Assembly: GCA_964342475.1 (NCBI GenBank)
Contig: CAYFGE010000015.1
Location: forward strand, 1,363-65,362
Direction of reading: 5' to 3'
Origin: an uncultured Planctomycetales bacterium
Lineage (GTDB): Bacteria; Planctomycetota; UBA1135
Length of the DNA: 64,000 bases
The notes below the pieces were generated by a model. The model worked only from the letters and a program-made list of their open reading frames with translations. It searched no databases and had not been told where the DNA came from. Below are positions 8,800-19,200 of this stretch, piece after piece. Both the position numbers and the translations under genes were made by a program. Each line of letters opens with the position of its first letter. Position 1 is the stretch's first letter.

Positions 8800-9414
8800 A
8801 TGAAACGAATCCCCCTTCTGCTCGCCCTCGCGCTGGCGCCGCTCGGCTGCCAGGGCAACACGCTCGACTTCGGTGCGATGTCCGGCGCCTGGACCCCGCT
8901 GTGGAACGGCGAGGACCTCGACGGCTGGAGCATGGCCGGCCCCGGCGAGTTCGTCGTCGAGGACGGCAGCCTGAAGGCCACCGGCGGCATGGGCCTGCTG
9001 TGGTACTCGGCCGAGAGCTTCGGCGACTTCGAGCTGCGCCTCGAGTGGATGGTCGAGGAGCCGGACGACAACTCCGGCGTCTTCGTGCGCTTCCCCGACC
9101 CGGGCGACGACCCCTGGGTCGCGGTCAACCACGGCTACGAGATCCAGATCTGCGACGCCGCCGGCGACAAGCACAACACCGGCTCGGTGTACAGCTTCCA
9201 GGGCCCGAGCAGCGTGCCGACCAAGCCGGCCGGCGAGTGGAACGAGTACTCGATCCAGGTGGTCGGCCAGCGCTACACCATCCGCATCAACGGCGAGCTG
9301 GTGAACGAGTACGACGGTGAGCGCACGCTCGAGGGCTACTTCGGGCTGCAGAACCACGACGACGGCTCGCCGGTGCGCTACCGCAACATCCGCGCCAAGA
9401 GGATCGGCTCGTGA
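8800..9414 (+). CDS. DUF1080 (3-keto-disaccharide hydrolase-like) lipoprotein
   Basis: Lipobox LALAPLGCQG. WNGEDLDGW...GEFVVEDGSLKATGG..LLWY...FGDFELRLEW...NSGVFVRF...GYEIQI and GLQNH..GSPVRYRNIR form the characteristic DUF1080 jelly-roll pattern. Confidence 0.8.
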   Translation: MKRIPLLLALALAPLGCQGNTLDFGAMSGAWTPLWNGEDLDGWSMAGPGEFVVEDGSLKATGGMGLLWYSAESFGDFELRLEWMVEEPDDNSGVFVRFPDPGDDPWVAVNHGYEIQICDAAGDKHNTGSVYSFQGPSSVPTKPAGEWNEYSIQVVGQRYTIRINGELVNEYDGERTLEGYFGLQNHDDGSPVRYRNIRAKRIGS

Positions 9415-10727
9415 ACCCGGCGGCAGCCCCCCTCACTGCCGGACTGTTCGTCCGCTTGTCGGCCATGATGTTCCTCCAGTACGCCATCTGGGGGGCCTGG
9501 CTGCCGCTCCTGTGGCCCTTCCTCAACAAGTACCGCGGGATGGACGCCGGCCAGATCGGCAACATCTTCGCGGTGGGCGCGGTCGGCGCCCTGGTCGCGC
9601 CCTTCATCGCCGGCCAGGTCGCCGACCGCTGGTTCAACACCGAGAAGTTCCTCGGCCTCAGCCACGTGCTGGGCGGCCTGCTGGTGTGGCAGCTGGCCTC
9701 GATCGAGAGCTACAGCGGCTTCCTGTGGTTCTCGCTGGTCTACTCGGTGATCTACTCGCCGACGCTGTCGCTGACCAACTCGCTGAGCTTCCACCACCTG
9801 CCCGACCGCGACCGCGACTTCGGCAAGGTGCGGGTGTGGGGGACCATCGGCTGGATCGCCGCCGGCATCGCCATCGGCCAGTGGCTGCTCTACCGCCATA
9901 CCCCGGCCGGCGCCCCCGAGGCCGAGCAGCTCGCCGCGCAGTACGCCGGCATGGCCGACGCCTTCCGCCTGTCCGGCGCGCTCGGCGTGGTCATGGGCGT
10001 GTTCTGCTTCACCCTGCCCAAGACGCCGCCGTCGGCGGGCGAGAAGAAGAGCGCCACCGCCGAGGCCCTCGGCGAGGTGCGGCGCCAGCCGCTGCTGACC
10101 CTGTTCCTCATCGCGGTGCCGGTCAGCTGCATCCACCAGTTCTACATCGTGCACACCGCGGAGTTCCTCGGCCGCTTCCAGGCCGGCGCGGCGGACACGA
10201 TCAACCGCATCTTCGGCGTCGGCGGCGCGGGGCTGATGACCATCGGTCAGATGTCGGAGATCGGCGTCCTCGCCCTGATGCCGGTGGTGGCCAAGAAGTT
10301 CTCGCGCAAGACCCTGCTCGGCGTCGGGCTCGTGGCCTACGGACTGCGGATGGCCCTGTTCGCCCACGGACCGTCCCTCGGCGCGGGCCTCGACCTGGCC
10401 GCGGTGATCGCCGGCGTGGCCATGCACGGCGTCTGCTTCGGCTGCTTCATCTTCGTCGCCTTCATGGTGGTCGACGAGGAGGCCTCGGCCGACGTGCGCG
10501 CCAGCGCCCAGTCGTTGTTCAACCTGGTGATCGTCGGTATCGGCATCATCGTCGGCTCGAAGATCGCCACCGGCGCCAGCGAGTGGGCCGAGGTGGGCGA
10601 CGAGGTCGACTACGCCGCCCTGTTCTCCTACCCGATGTGGGCCTCGCTGGCCTGCCTCGCGCTGCTGTTCCTCTTCTACCCCTCGAAGGGCCGCCTCGCC
10701 GCGCTGCACGCGGCCCGTGAACGATGA
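9411..10727 (+). CDS. MFS transporter, NupG/XapB-like (nucleoside:H+ symporter family fold)
   Basis: The GTG start overlaps the upstream stop (GTGA). RLSAMMFLQYAIWGAWLPLLWPFL resembles the NupG N-terminus (LSFLQFCLWGSWLTTLG as I recall it). About 12 TM. The substrate is unknown. Confidence 0.7.
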   Translation: MNPAAAPLTAGLFVRLSAMMFLQYAIWGAWLPLLWPFLNKYRGMDAGQIGNIFAVGAVGALVAPFIAGQVADRWFNTEKFLGLSHVLGGLLVWQLASIESYSGFLWFSLVYSVIYSPTLSLTNSLSFHHLPDRDRDFGKVRVWGTIGWIAAGIAIGQWLLYRHTPAGAPEAEQLAAQYAGMADAFRLSGALGVVMGVFCFTLPKTPPSAGEKKSATAEALGEVRRQPLLTLFLIAVPVSCIHQFYIVHTAEFLGRFQAGAADTINRIFGVGGAGLMTIGQMSEIGVLALMPVVAKKFSRKTLLGVGLVAYGLRMALFAHGPSLGAGLDLAAVIAGVAMHGVCFGCFIFVAFMVVDEEASADVRASAQSLFNLVIVGIGIIVGSKIATGASEWAEVGDEVDYAALFSYPMWASLACLALLFLFYPSKGRLAALHAARER

Positions 10728-11956
10728 GCCACGCCCCCCTGCGCATCGGCTTCGTCGGCGGTGGCTTCATCACCGGCTTCCACATCCAGTCCCTCGCCGA
10801 GGTGCGCGACGTCGTCGTCGCCGGCGTGACCAGCCCGAACAGCGCGCAGAGCGCGGTCGACGTGGCCGAGCGCTGCGGCGTCGGCGCGCCGGCGCGGATC
10901 TACGCCAGCGCCGAGGAGATGGCGGCCTCGCCCGACATCGACGCGGTGTGGGTGTGCGCGCGCAACGACACGCGGGTCGAGGTGATGGAGGCGCTGCGCG
11001 CCGGCAACGCGCGCCGCACCGCCCCGCTGCGCGGCGTCTGCCTCGAGAAGCCGATGGCCCGCACCCTGGGTGAGGCGCTCGAGGTGAAGGCGATCGCCGA
11101 CGAGATGGGCGTGCCGACCGGCTACCTCGAGGACATGCTGTGGGCGCCGACGCTGGCCCGCGGCAAGGAGGTGCTGTGGCGCCGCGGCGCCGGCATCGCC
11201 GGCCGCCCCTACTTGGCCCGCGCGGCCGAGGAGCACGGCGGCCCGCACTCGAAGTGGTTCTGGCAGCCTGAGATCGCCGGCGGCGGCGTGCTGCTCGACA
11301 TGATGTGCCACAGCATCGAGGCCGCGCGCTGGCTGCTCACCGAGCCGGGCAAGCCGCGCGCCAGCCTGACCCCCTTCAAGGTGCGCGCCACCACCGCGAA
11401 CCTGAAGTGGACCCAGCCGCGCTTCGCCGCGCAGCTGAAGGAGCGCTTCGGCCCCGACTTCGACTGGGCCGCCAACCCGAGCGAGGACTTCGCCAGCGCC
11501 ACCGTCCACTGGCGCACCGACGACGGCCTCGAGGTGCTCACCGAGACCACCAGCTCGTGGTGCTACGTCGGCGCCGGCCTGCGCCACACCTTCGAGCTGC
11601 TCGGCCCCGAGTACGCCCTCGACATCGACATGTCCCAGTGCGGCGTGAAGGTGTTCTTCTCGCGCGAGGTCACCGGCGAGGCCGGCGAGGACCTGGTCGA
11701 GAAGCAGAACGCCGAGCAGGGCCTCATGCCGATCAGCCCGAACGAGCCGGCCCACTACGGCTACTCGGGCGAGAACCGCCACTTCGTCCAGTGCTTCCGC
11801 GAGGGGCGGAAGCCCGAGCTGACCTTCGACGACGGCATCGAGGTCATGCGCATCCTGATGGCGGCCTACCTCTCCAGCGAGGAGGGCCGCGCGGTCGACC
11901 CGGGCGACCCCGCCCTGGAGACCTTCGTCCCCGCCGCCTGCCGCCCGCCCGCCTGA
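10724..11956 (+). CDS. Gfo/Idh/MocA family oxidoreductase (cytoplasmic)
   Basis: ATGA overlap with the MFS stop. N-terminal Rossmann loop LRIGFVGGGFITGFH. No signal peptide. Confidence 0.85.
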   Translation: MSHAPLRIGFVGGGFITGFHIQSLAEVRDVVVAGVTSPNSAQSAVDVAERCGVGAPARIYASAEEMAASPDIDAVWVCARNDTRVEVMEALRAGNARRTAPLRGVCLEKPMARTLGEALEVKAIADEMGVPTGYLEDMLWAPTLARGKEVLWRRGAGIAGRPYLARAAEEHGGPHSKWFWQPEIAGGGVLLDMMCHSIEAARWLLTEPGKPRASLTPFKVRATTANLKWTQPRFAAQLKERFGPDFDWAANPSEDFASATVHWRTDDGLEVLTETTSSWCYVGAGLRHTFELLGPEYALDIDMSQCGVKVFFSREVTGEAGEDLVEKQNAEQGLMPISPNEPAHYGYSGENRHFVQCFREGRKPELTFDDGIEVMRILMAAYLSSEEGRAVDPGDPALETFVPAACRPPA

Positions 11957-11974
11957 CCTCCAACCCGCGAACCC

Positions 11975-13261
11975 ATGAGCACGACTCGTCGCCATTTCCT
12001 CATCACGACCGCCGCCGGCGCCGCCGCGGCGGCCCCCGCCGTCTCGGCGCGCAGCTACCGCAACCTCCTCGGGTCCAACGACCGCATCCGCATGGCGGTG
12101 ATCGGCCCGGGCGGCATGGGCCGCGGCCACATCGGCAGCTTCTGCAACCTCCGCAAGCAGGGCCAGGTGGCCTTCGACATCGTCGCCGTGTGCGACGTGT
12201 GCCAGACCCACCTCGACGCCGGCCTGGAGATGGCCCGCAACGGCCAGGACGGCGAGGTCCAGGTCGACGGCTACCGTTACTACCAGGACCTGCTGGCCCG
12301 CGAGGACATCGACGCCGTCCTCATCGCGACCACCGAGCACTCCCACGCGGCGATCGCCATCGCCGCGGTCGAGGCCGGCAAGGACGTCTACTGCGAGAAG
12401 CCGATGACCCTGCGCCTCGACCAGGCGCTCGAGGTCTACGACACGGTGATGGCCAAGGAGGACGTCGTCTTCCAGGTCGGCACGCAGAAGATGGCGCTGA
12501 ACAAGTACCGCGAAGCGCGGCGCCTCATCAAGGAGGGCGCCATCGGCAAGCCGCTGTGGAGCCAGACCTCCTACTGCCGCAACACCCCGAGCGGCGAGTG
12601 GAACTACTACGGCATCGACCCCAAGGTCGTCCCCGGCGAGATGCTCGACTGGGAGGCCTGGCTGGGCCACCTGAAGACCGACCCGCAGACCGGGGAGATG
12701 CGGGAGTTCGACACCAAGGTGTTCCACCGCTGGCGTCGCTACAAGGACTTCTCGACCGGCATCATCGGCGACCTCCTGGTGCACGAGATGACGCCGCTGT
12801 TCTTCGCCCTCGACCTCGACTGGCCCTCCCGCGTCGACGCCATCGGCGGCCACTACATCGACAAGGAGATGGAGAACCACGACCAGGTCAACCTGACCGT
12901 GCAGTTCCCCGAGGAGCACACCATGATCGTCGCCGGCTCGACCTGCAACGAGCAGGGCCTGGCCACCACGATCCGCGGCCACGAGGGCACGATCTACCTC
13001 GCCGGCAACAACTGCGAGGTGCGCCCCGAGCGGCCCTACGTCGACGACCACGACCCGCAGGTCGTCGAGTGCGAGCGCATCGCCGACCAGGACTACCTGC
13101 GCCTGAACTGGCTCGAGTCCATCCGCGACCGCAAGAAGCCGTTCAGCACGGTGGACGTCGGCGCCAAGGTGATGGTCGCCGTCGACCTGGCCACCCGCTC
13201 GATGTGGGAGAACAAGGCCTTCACCTTCGACAAGGAGACCCGCGAGGTCCGCGCCCTGTAG
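11975..13261 (+). CDS. Gfo/Idh/MocA family oxidoreductase with twin-arginine export signal
   Basis: Tat motif TRRHFLITTAAGAAAAAPAVSA followed by Rossmann loop IRMAVIGPGGMGRGH. Confidence 0.85.
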   Translation: MSTTRRHFLITTAAGAAAAAPAVSARSYRNLLGSNDRIRMAVIGPGGMGRGHIGSFCNLRKQGQVAFDIVAVCDVCQTHLDAGLEMARNGQDGEVQVDGYRYYQDLLAREDIDAVLIATTEHSHAAIAIAAVEAGKDVYCEKPMTLRLDQALEVYDTVMAKEDVVFQVGTQKMALNKYREARRLIKEGAIGKPLWSQTSYCRNTPSGEWNYYGIDPKVVPGEMLDWEAWLGHLKTDPQTGEMREFDTKVFHRWRRYKDFSTGIIGDLLVHEMTPLFFALDLDWPSRVDAIGGHYIDKEMENHDQVNLTVQFPEEHTMIVAGSTCNEQGLATTIRGHEGTIYLAGNNCEVRPERPYVDDHDPQVVECERIADQDYLRLNWLESIRDRKKPFSTVDVGAKVMVAVDLATRSMWENKAFTFDKETREVRAL

Positions 13262-13275
13262 CGCGGCCTGACCCG

Positions 13276-13331
13276 CCGCCCGGCCGGACGCCTCCCCGGC
13301 CGGGCGGTCCCTCGCCCGCTGCGCGCGAGGG
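13276..13331 (+). terminator. two tandem GC hairpins after the Tat-Gfo gene (terminator/processing-site-like)
   Basis: Hairpin 1: CCGCCCGGCCGG (13276-13287) pairs with CCGGCCGGGCGG (13296-13307) as a perfect 12-bp stem. Hairpin 2: CCCTCGC (13309-13315) pairs with GCGAGGG (13325-13331). No U-tract. Confidence 0.35.
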
Positions 13332-13358
13332 CCCTGCGGAGGCGCACCGCCCCATCCC

Positions 13359-14645
13359 ATGGTGGACAGCTCTCCCCGCATCGAGCGGGCCTGGAACCAC
13401 GCCCGCGAGGTCTACGCCGAGCTGGGCGTCGACGCCGCGGCGGCGGTCGAGGCCCTGGCCCGCGTCCCGGTCTCGCTGAACTGCTGGCAGGGCGACGACG
13501 TCCGCGGCTTCGAGGGCGGGGGGGAGGAGCTCGGCGGCGGCCTGGCCGTCACCGGCGGCCACCCCGGCCGCGCGCGCGACGCGGCCGAGCTGCGCCAGGA
13601 CGCCGAGGTGGCGCTGCGCTGCATCCCCGGCCGCCACCGCTTCAACCTGCACGCCAGCTACGCCGAGACCGGCGGCGCGCGCGTGGACCGCGACGCCCTG
13701 CTGCCCGAGCACTTCGCCGGCTGGACCGCCTGGGCGCGCGAGCGCGGGCTGGGCCTCGACTTCAACCCGACCTACTTCGCCCACCCGCTGGCGGCGTCGG
13801 GCTTCACCCTCGGCCACCCCGACCCGGCCGTGCGCGGCTTCTGGATCGAGCACGGCCGCGCCTGCCGCCGCATCGGCGCCACCTTCGGCGCCGCCCTCGG
13901 CAGCCCCTGCGTCACCAACTTCTGGGTGCCCGACGGCTACAAGGACACGCCGGCCGACCGCCTGGCGCCGCGCGCGCGGCTGGCCGAGTCGCTCGACGAG
14001 GTCTTCGACGAGCCGATCGACCCGGCGCTGCACCTCGACGCCGTCGAGCCGAAGCTGTTCGGCATCGGCTCGGAGAGCTACGTCGCCGGCAGCCATGAGT
14101 TCTACCTCGGCTACGCCGTGACCCGCGGCAAGCTGCTGTGCCTGGACATGGGCCACCAGCACCCGACGGAGGTGGTGTCGGACAAGCTCTCGGCGGTGCT
14201 CCCCTGCCTGCCCGGCGTGCTGCTCCACGTCAGCCGCGGCGTGCGCTGGGACAGCGACCACGTGGTCACGCTGAGCGACGAGCTCGAGGAGCTGGCCAAG
14301 GAGCTGGTGCGCCTCGACGCGCTCGGCCTCGACGGCGGCGCGCCGCGCGTGCACCTCGGCCTCGACTTCTTCGACGCCAGCATCAACCGCGTGGCGGCCT
14401 GGGTCATCGGCACCCGCGCGCTGCAGAAGGCGCTGCTGCTGGCCCTGCTCGAGCCGATCGCGACCTTGCGGCGGATGGAGGCGGAGGGCGACTTCACCGG
14501 GCGCCTCGCCCTGCTCGAGGAGCTCAAGACCCTGCCCTCCGGCGCGGTGTGGGACTGGTTCTGCCTGCAGCAGGACGCTCCCGCCGGCCTGGCCTGGCTC
14601 GAGCTCGTGCGCGGCCACGAACGCGATGTCCTCAGCCAGCGCTGA
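13359..14645 (+). CDS. rhaA: L-rhamnose isomerase
   Basis: 428 aa, colinear with E. coli-type RhaA as I recall it. [17 protein letters not shown] corresponds to [32 protein letters not shown] corresponds to [36 protein letters not shown] corresponds to [21 protein letters not shown]. Confidence 0.95.
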   Translation: MVDSSPRIERAWNHAREVYAELGVDAAAAVEALARVPVSLNCWQGDDVRGFEGGGEELGGGLAVTGGHPGRARDAAELRQDAEVALRCIPGRHRFNLHASYAETGGARVDRDALLPEHFAGWTAWARERGLGLDFNPTYFAHPLAASGFTLGHPDPAVRGFWIEHGRACRRIGATFGAALGSPCVTNFWVPDGYKDTPADRLAPRARLAESLDEVFDEPIDPALHLDAVEPKLFGIGSESYVAGSHEFYLGYAVTRGKLLCLDMGHQHPTEVVSDKLSAVLPCLPGVLLHVSRGVRWDSDHVVTLSDELEELAKELVRLDALGLDGGAPRVHLGLDFFDASINRVAAWVIGTRALQKALLLALLEPIATLRRMEAEGDFTGRLALLEELKTLPSGAVWDWFCLQQDAPAGLAWLELVRGHERDVLSQR

Positions 14646-16062
14646 CCCCGGCGCCGGCGCGGCGGCCGCGACCGGCGAATTCGAGCGCGAGCCGGTCCCC
14701 GAGCGCGCGCGGCTCGGCTTCCGCAGCTTCCTCGGCATGTACGCCGGGGAGCACTGCGCCGGCACCGAGCTGATGATCGGCCCGCTGTTCGTCGCCGCCG
14801 GCGTCAGCGCCTTCGACCTGGTCGTCGGCCTGCTCCTCGGCAACGCGCTGGCCGTGCTCAGCTGGGTGCTGGTCACCGCCCCGGTCGCCACGCGGGTCCG
14901 CCTGACCCTCTACCGCCAGCTCGAGCGCATCGCCGGCCGCCGCCTGGTCACGCTCTACAACCTGGCCAACGGGGTGATGTTCTGCTTCCTGGCCGGCTCC
15001 ATGATCACCGTCTCGGCGACCGCGGTCGGCGTGCTGTTCGGCTTCGACATGCCGGCGCTCGGCGACACCTGGCCGACCGGGCTCGGGTGGGTGCTGGCGG
15101 TGCTCGCCGTCGGCGGCCTGATCACCGTGGTCGCCGCCCTCGGCTACCGCAGCGTGGCGCGCTTCGCCAACCTCGCCGCGCCGTGGATGATCCTGGTCTT
15201 CGCCGCCTTCGGCGTCATCGGCCTGGCCGAGTTCCTGCGCGACACCGGCGCCGCGGTCGGCTCGGCCGGCGAGCTGTGGGCGCTGGCCGAGACCGCGATC
15301 TGGAAGGGCGGCGAGCCGCTGCCGGGCCAGGTGAAGTTCGGCTTCTGGCACGTCGTCTTCTTCGCCTGGTTCTGCAACGGCGCGATGCACCTCGGCATGT
15401 CCGACCTGTCGGTGCTGCGCTTCGCGCGCCGCACCTGGCACGGCGTGGCCAGCGGCGCCGGGATGTACGTCGGCCACTTCCTGGCCTGGCTGTCCGCCTC
15501 GGTGCTCTACGCGCTGCAGCTGCACCGCGACCCGGCGAACACCGACGTGCTCCCGGGGCCGATGGCCTGGCAGGCCTGCGGCGTGGCCGGTCTGCTGTGC
15601 GTGGTCGTCGCCGGCTGGACCACCGCCAACCCGACGATCTACCGCGCCGGCCTGGCCTTCCAGGCCGTGCTGCCGCGCTCGCGCCGCTTCACGGTCACCC
15701 TGGTGACCGGCGCGGTCGCCACGCTGGCCGGCCTGTTCCCGGCCATCGCCATGCGCCTGCTCGGCTTCGTCGCCCTCTACGGCCTGGTGCTCGTGCCGAT
15801 GGGGGCGGTGGTCTTCGCCGACTTCTGGCTGCTGCCGCGACTGGGCCTGCGCTCGTGGTGGGCGGAGGCGCGCGGCCTGCGGGTGAACGCCGCCGCCGCC
15901 GTGGCCTGGCTCGGCAGCCTCGCCGCCGCGCTGCTCGCCGTGCGCAGCGGCGGCATCGAGATCTACTTCGCCAGCCTGCCGGCCTGGTTCCTCGCGATCC
16001 TGGTCTACGTCCTGGCCAGCGCCGTCGTGCAGCGGCGCGGCGGCGGGGAGGCCGCGCGGTGA
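14626..16062 (+). CDS. polytopic permease of uncertain family; candidate L-rhamnose/rhamnoside importer by context
   Basis: 478 aa with about 12 hydrophobic segments. The ATG at 14626 overlaps the rhaA end by 20 nt, so the start is uncertain. The N-terminal stretch [21 protein letters not shown] is loosely NCS1/APC-fold-like. Third codon positions are G/C-rich. Confidence 0.6.
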   Translation: MSSASADPGAGAAAATGEFEREPVPERARLGFRSFLGMYAGEHCAGTELMIGPLFVAAGVSAFDLVVGLLLGNALAVLSWVLVTAPVATRVRLTLYRQLERIAGRRLVTLYNLANGVMFCFLAGSMITVSATAVGVLFGFDMPALGDTWPTGLGWVLAVLAVGGLITVVAALGYRSVARFANLAAPWMILVFAAFGVIGLAEFLRDTGAAVGSAGELWALAETAIWKGGEPLPGQVKFGFWHVVFFAWFCNGAMHLGMSDLSVLRFARRTWHGVASGAGMYVGHFLAWLSASVLYALQLHRDPANTDVLPGPMAWQACGVAGLLCVVVAGWTTANPTIYRAGLAFQAVLPRSRRFTVTLVTGAVATLAGLFPAIAMRLLGFVALYGLVLVPMGAVVFADFWLLPRLGLRSWWAEARGLRVNAAAAVAWLGSLAAALLAVRSGGIEIYFASLPAWFLAILVYVLASAVVQRRGGGEAAR

Positions 16063-16229
16063 GGAGGCTCCTCCGCGCCCTGTCCTGGACCGCCCTGCTC
16101 GGCACCCTCCTGCCGTCCGTCCTCTTCCTGTCCGGCTCGCTGGAGAAGGAAGGGGTCGCCACGGTGATGCTGCTCGCCACCCTGCTCTGGTTCGCCACCG
16201 TGCCCTTCTGGATGGAGCGCCCGCGATGA
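16059..16229 (+). CDS. 56-aa two-helix membrane microprotein
   Basis: GTG 16059 overlaps the permease stop (GTGA), and its own stop overlaps the rhamnosidase ATG (ATGA). The translation is [56 protein letters not shown]. Nearly every third codon position is G/C. Confidence 0.55.
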   Translation: MRRLLRALSWTALLGTLLPSVLFLSGSLEKEGVATVMLLATLLWFATVPFWMERPR

Positions 16230-19200
16230 CCCCGACCCCGATCCGGCGGCTGGCCCGCCTCCTTGCCGTCCTCCTCCCGCTGTCCGCCTGCGCCGTGGCG
16301 CCCGACCCGGACGCCGGCGCGCTCGAGGCCCACGACCTCCGCTGCATGGCGCTCTCCGAGCCGCTGGGCGTGGACGTCGCGCAGCCGCTGCTGTCGTGGA
16401 AGCTGCGCTCGGAGGAGCGCGCGCAGCGCCAGACCGCCTGGCAACTGGTCGTGGCCTCGACCCCCGAGGACGCCGCGCGCGGCGTCGGCGACCTGTGGGA
16501 CAGCGGCCGCGTCGAGGGCGCGGACAGCCTGGGCATCGCCTACGCCGGCCGCCCGCTGCGCTCGCACGAGCGCTGCTCGTGGTCGGTCCGCGTGTGGGAC
16601 GCGCAGGGCCGCGCCTCGGCGTGGAGCGAGCCCGCCTCGTGGACCACCGGCCCGCTCGACGGCGCCTTCTGGGAGAACTCGCAGTGGATCGGCTGGGACG
16701 CCCTGCGCGACGACCGCCCCGACGAAGTGGTGCTGCGCGCGGCGCGCTGGATCGGGCACGCCGGCGACGGCCACGAGGGCGCGCCCCTCGACGCGCCGCA
16801 GGGCGAGCGCCTGTTCGCCGGCAGCTTCGAGCTGCCCGCCGGCGCCGCGGTCGCCGCCGCGACGCTGACCGTGCTGGCCGACAACTCGGCCAGCTGCGCG
16901 CTGAACGGCGAGCTGCTGTTCCGCGACCAGCCGGGCTGGCAGGAGCCGCGCCCGCGCGACGTCGCCGCGCTGCTGCGCCCCGGGGTCAACGAGCTGCGCG
17001 TCCAGGTGCGCAACGACGACCCCGGCCCCTCCGGCCTGATCGCGCAGCTGGAGGTCGAGCTCGCCGACGGCCAGCGCTCGGTCTTCGGCAGCAGCGAGGC
17101 CTGGCGCGGCGGCACCGCGCGGGCCGGCTGGGAGGCCGGCGAGCTGCCGACCGACGCCCTGGTCCCGGTGCGCGTGCTCGGCGAGCACGGCATGGGGCCG
17201 TGGGGGGTCGCCCGCCGCGCCGGCCTGCGGCTGCCGCCGGTGCCGCACCTGCGCCGCGCCTTCGAGGTCGGCGCCCCGGTGCGCCGCGCCCTGCTCTACG
17301 GCAGCGCGCTCGGCCTGGCCGACTTCCACCTCAACGGCGCGCGCGTCTCCGAGGAGCGCTTCACCTCCGGGTGGACCGACTACCACCAGCGCGTGCCCTA
17401 CCGCTGCTGGGACGTCACCGGGATGGTCCGCCCCGGCGCCAACGTGCTCGGCGCGCAGCTCGCCGACGGCTGGTACTCCGGCTACGTCGGCTGGGGCCGC
17501 AAGCGCGACCACTACGGCAGGCAGCCGCGCCTGCGTTGCGTGCTGCGCCTCGAGCACACCGACGGCTCGGTCACCGAGGTGGCCAGCGGCGCGGGCTGGA
17601 CGGCGCGCGACGGCGCCCTGCGCGAGGCCGACTTCCTCATGGGCGAGCGCTACGACGCGCGCGCCGCGCTGGACGGCTGGTGCGCCCCCGGCGGGGACGC
17701 GGGCGAGGGCTGGCAGCCGGTGGTGACCGGCGCCGAGATGGACCCCGCGCTGGTCTGGCACCAGGGCCCGCCGGTGGTCGTGGTCGGCGAGTTCACTCCG
17801 GTCGGGCGCAGCGAACCCGACCCGGGCGTCCACGTCTTCGACCTCGGGCGCAACTTCGCCGGCGCGGTGCGCCTGCGCGTGCAGGCTCCGCGGGGCACCG
17901 AGCTGAAGCTGCGCTTCGCCGAGCGGCTCGACGAGGACGGCCGCCTCTACGTGACCAACCTGCGCGGCGCGCGCGCGGAGGACACCTACGTCTGCTCGGG
18001 CGAGGGCGTCGAGGTGTGGGAGCCGCGCTTCACCTTCCACGGCTTCCAGTACGTCGAGCTGAGCGGCCTGCCCGAAGCGCCCGCCGACGAGGCGGTCACC
18101 GGCATCGCCTTCAGCAGCGACACCCCGCTGGTCGGCGCCTTCGCCTCGTCGAGCCCGATGCTCGATCAGCTGGCCTCGAACGTGCTGTGGACGCAGCGCG
18201 CCAACTTCATCGAGGTGCCGACCGACTGCCCGCAGCGCGACGAGCGCCTGGGCTGGACCGGCGACGCGCAGGCCTACGTGGCCACGGCGACGCTGTGGAC
18301 CGACACCCAAGCCTTCTTCCGCAAGTGGCTGCAGGACCTGTCCGACGCCCAGCGCGCCGACGGCCAGCTGCCGACGGTGGCGCCGCAGATCGTGTCCGGC
18401 GACGACGGCGGGCCGGGCTGGGCCGACGCCGGCACGATCGTGCCGTGGGAGGTCTACCAGCGCTACGGCGACCGCGCGCTGCTGCGCCGCCAGTACCCGT
18501 CGATGCTGCGCTTCGTCGAGTTCTGCCGCGCGCGCAGCGTGGACGAGGTGATGCCCCCGGACCGGTTCCACTGCTTCGGCGACTGGGTGGCGATCGACGC
18601 GCCCACCCCGCACGAGGTGATCTACGTGGCCTACTACGCGCGCTCGGTCGAGCTGACCGCGCGCGCCGCCGAGGTGCTCGGCGAGGCGGCGGACGCCGCG
18701 CGGCTGTGGGAGCTGCACGGCCGCCTTCGCCGCGCCTTCCAGGACGCCTTCGTCGACGCCGAGGGCCGCGTGCGCGGCGACACGCAGTGCGCCTACGTGT
18801 TGCCGCTGGCCTACGACCTGCTCGACGGCGAGCAGGTGGCGCAGGCCGCCGCCCACCTCGTGCGGCGCATCGAGGACCGCGGCTGGCACCTCTCGACCGG
18901 CTTCCTCGGCACCAAGGAGCTCATGCTCGTGCTGTCGAAGATCGGCCGCGAGGACGTCGCCTGGAGCCTGATGATGAACGACACCTTCCCGTCGTGGGGC
19001 TTCTCGATCCGCCACGGCGCGACCAGCATCTGGGAGCGCTGGGACGGCTGGACGCCGGAGAAGGGCTTCCAGGACCCGGGCATGAACTCCTTCGCCCACT
19101 ACAGCTTCGGCGCGGTCTACCAGTGGATGGTCGAGAACATCGGCGGCATCCGCCCGCTCGCGCCCGGCTACGCGCGGATCGGCATCGCGCCGCGGCCCGG

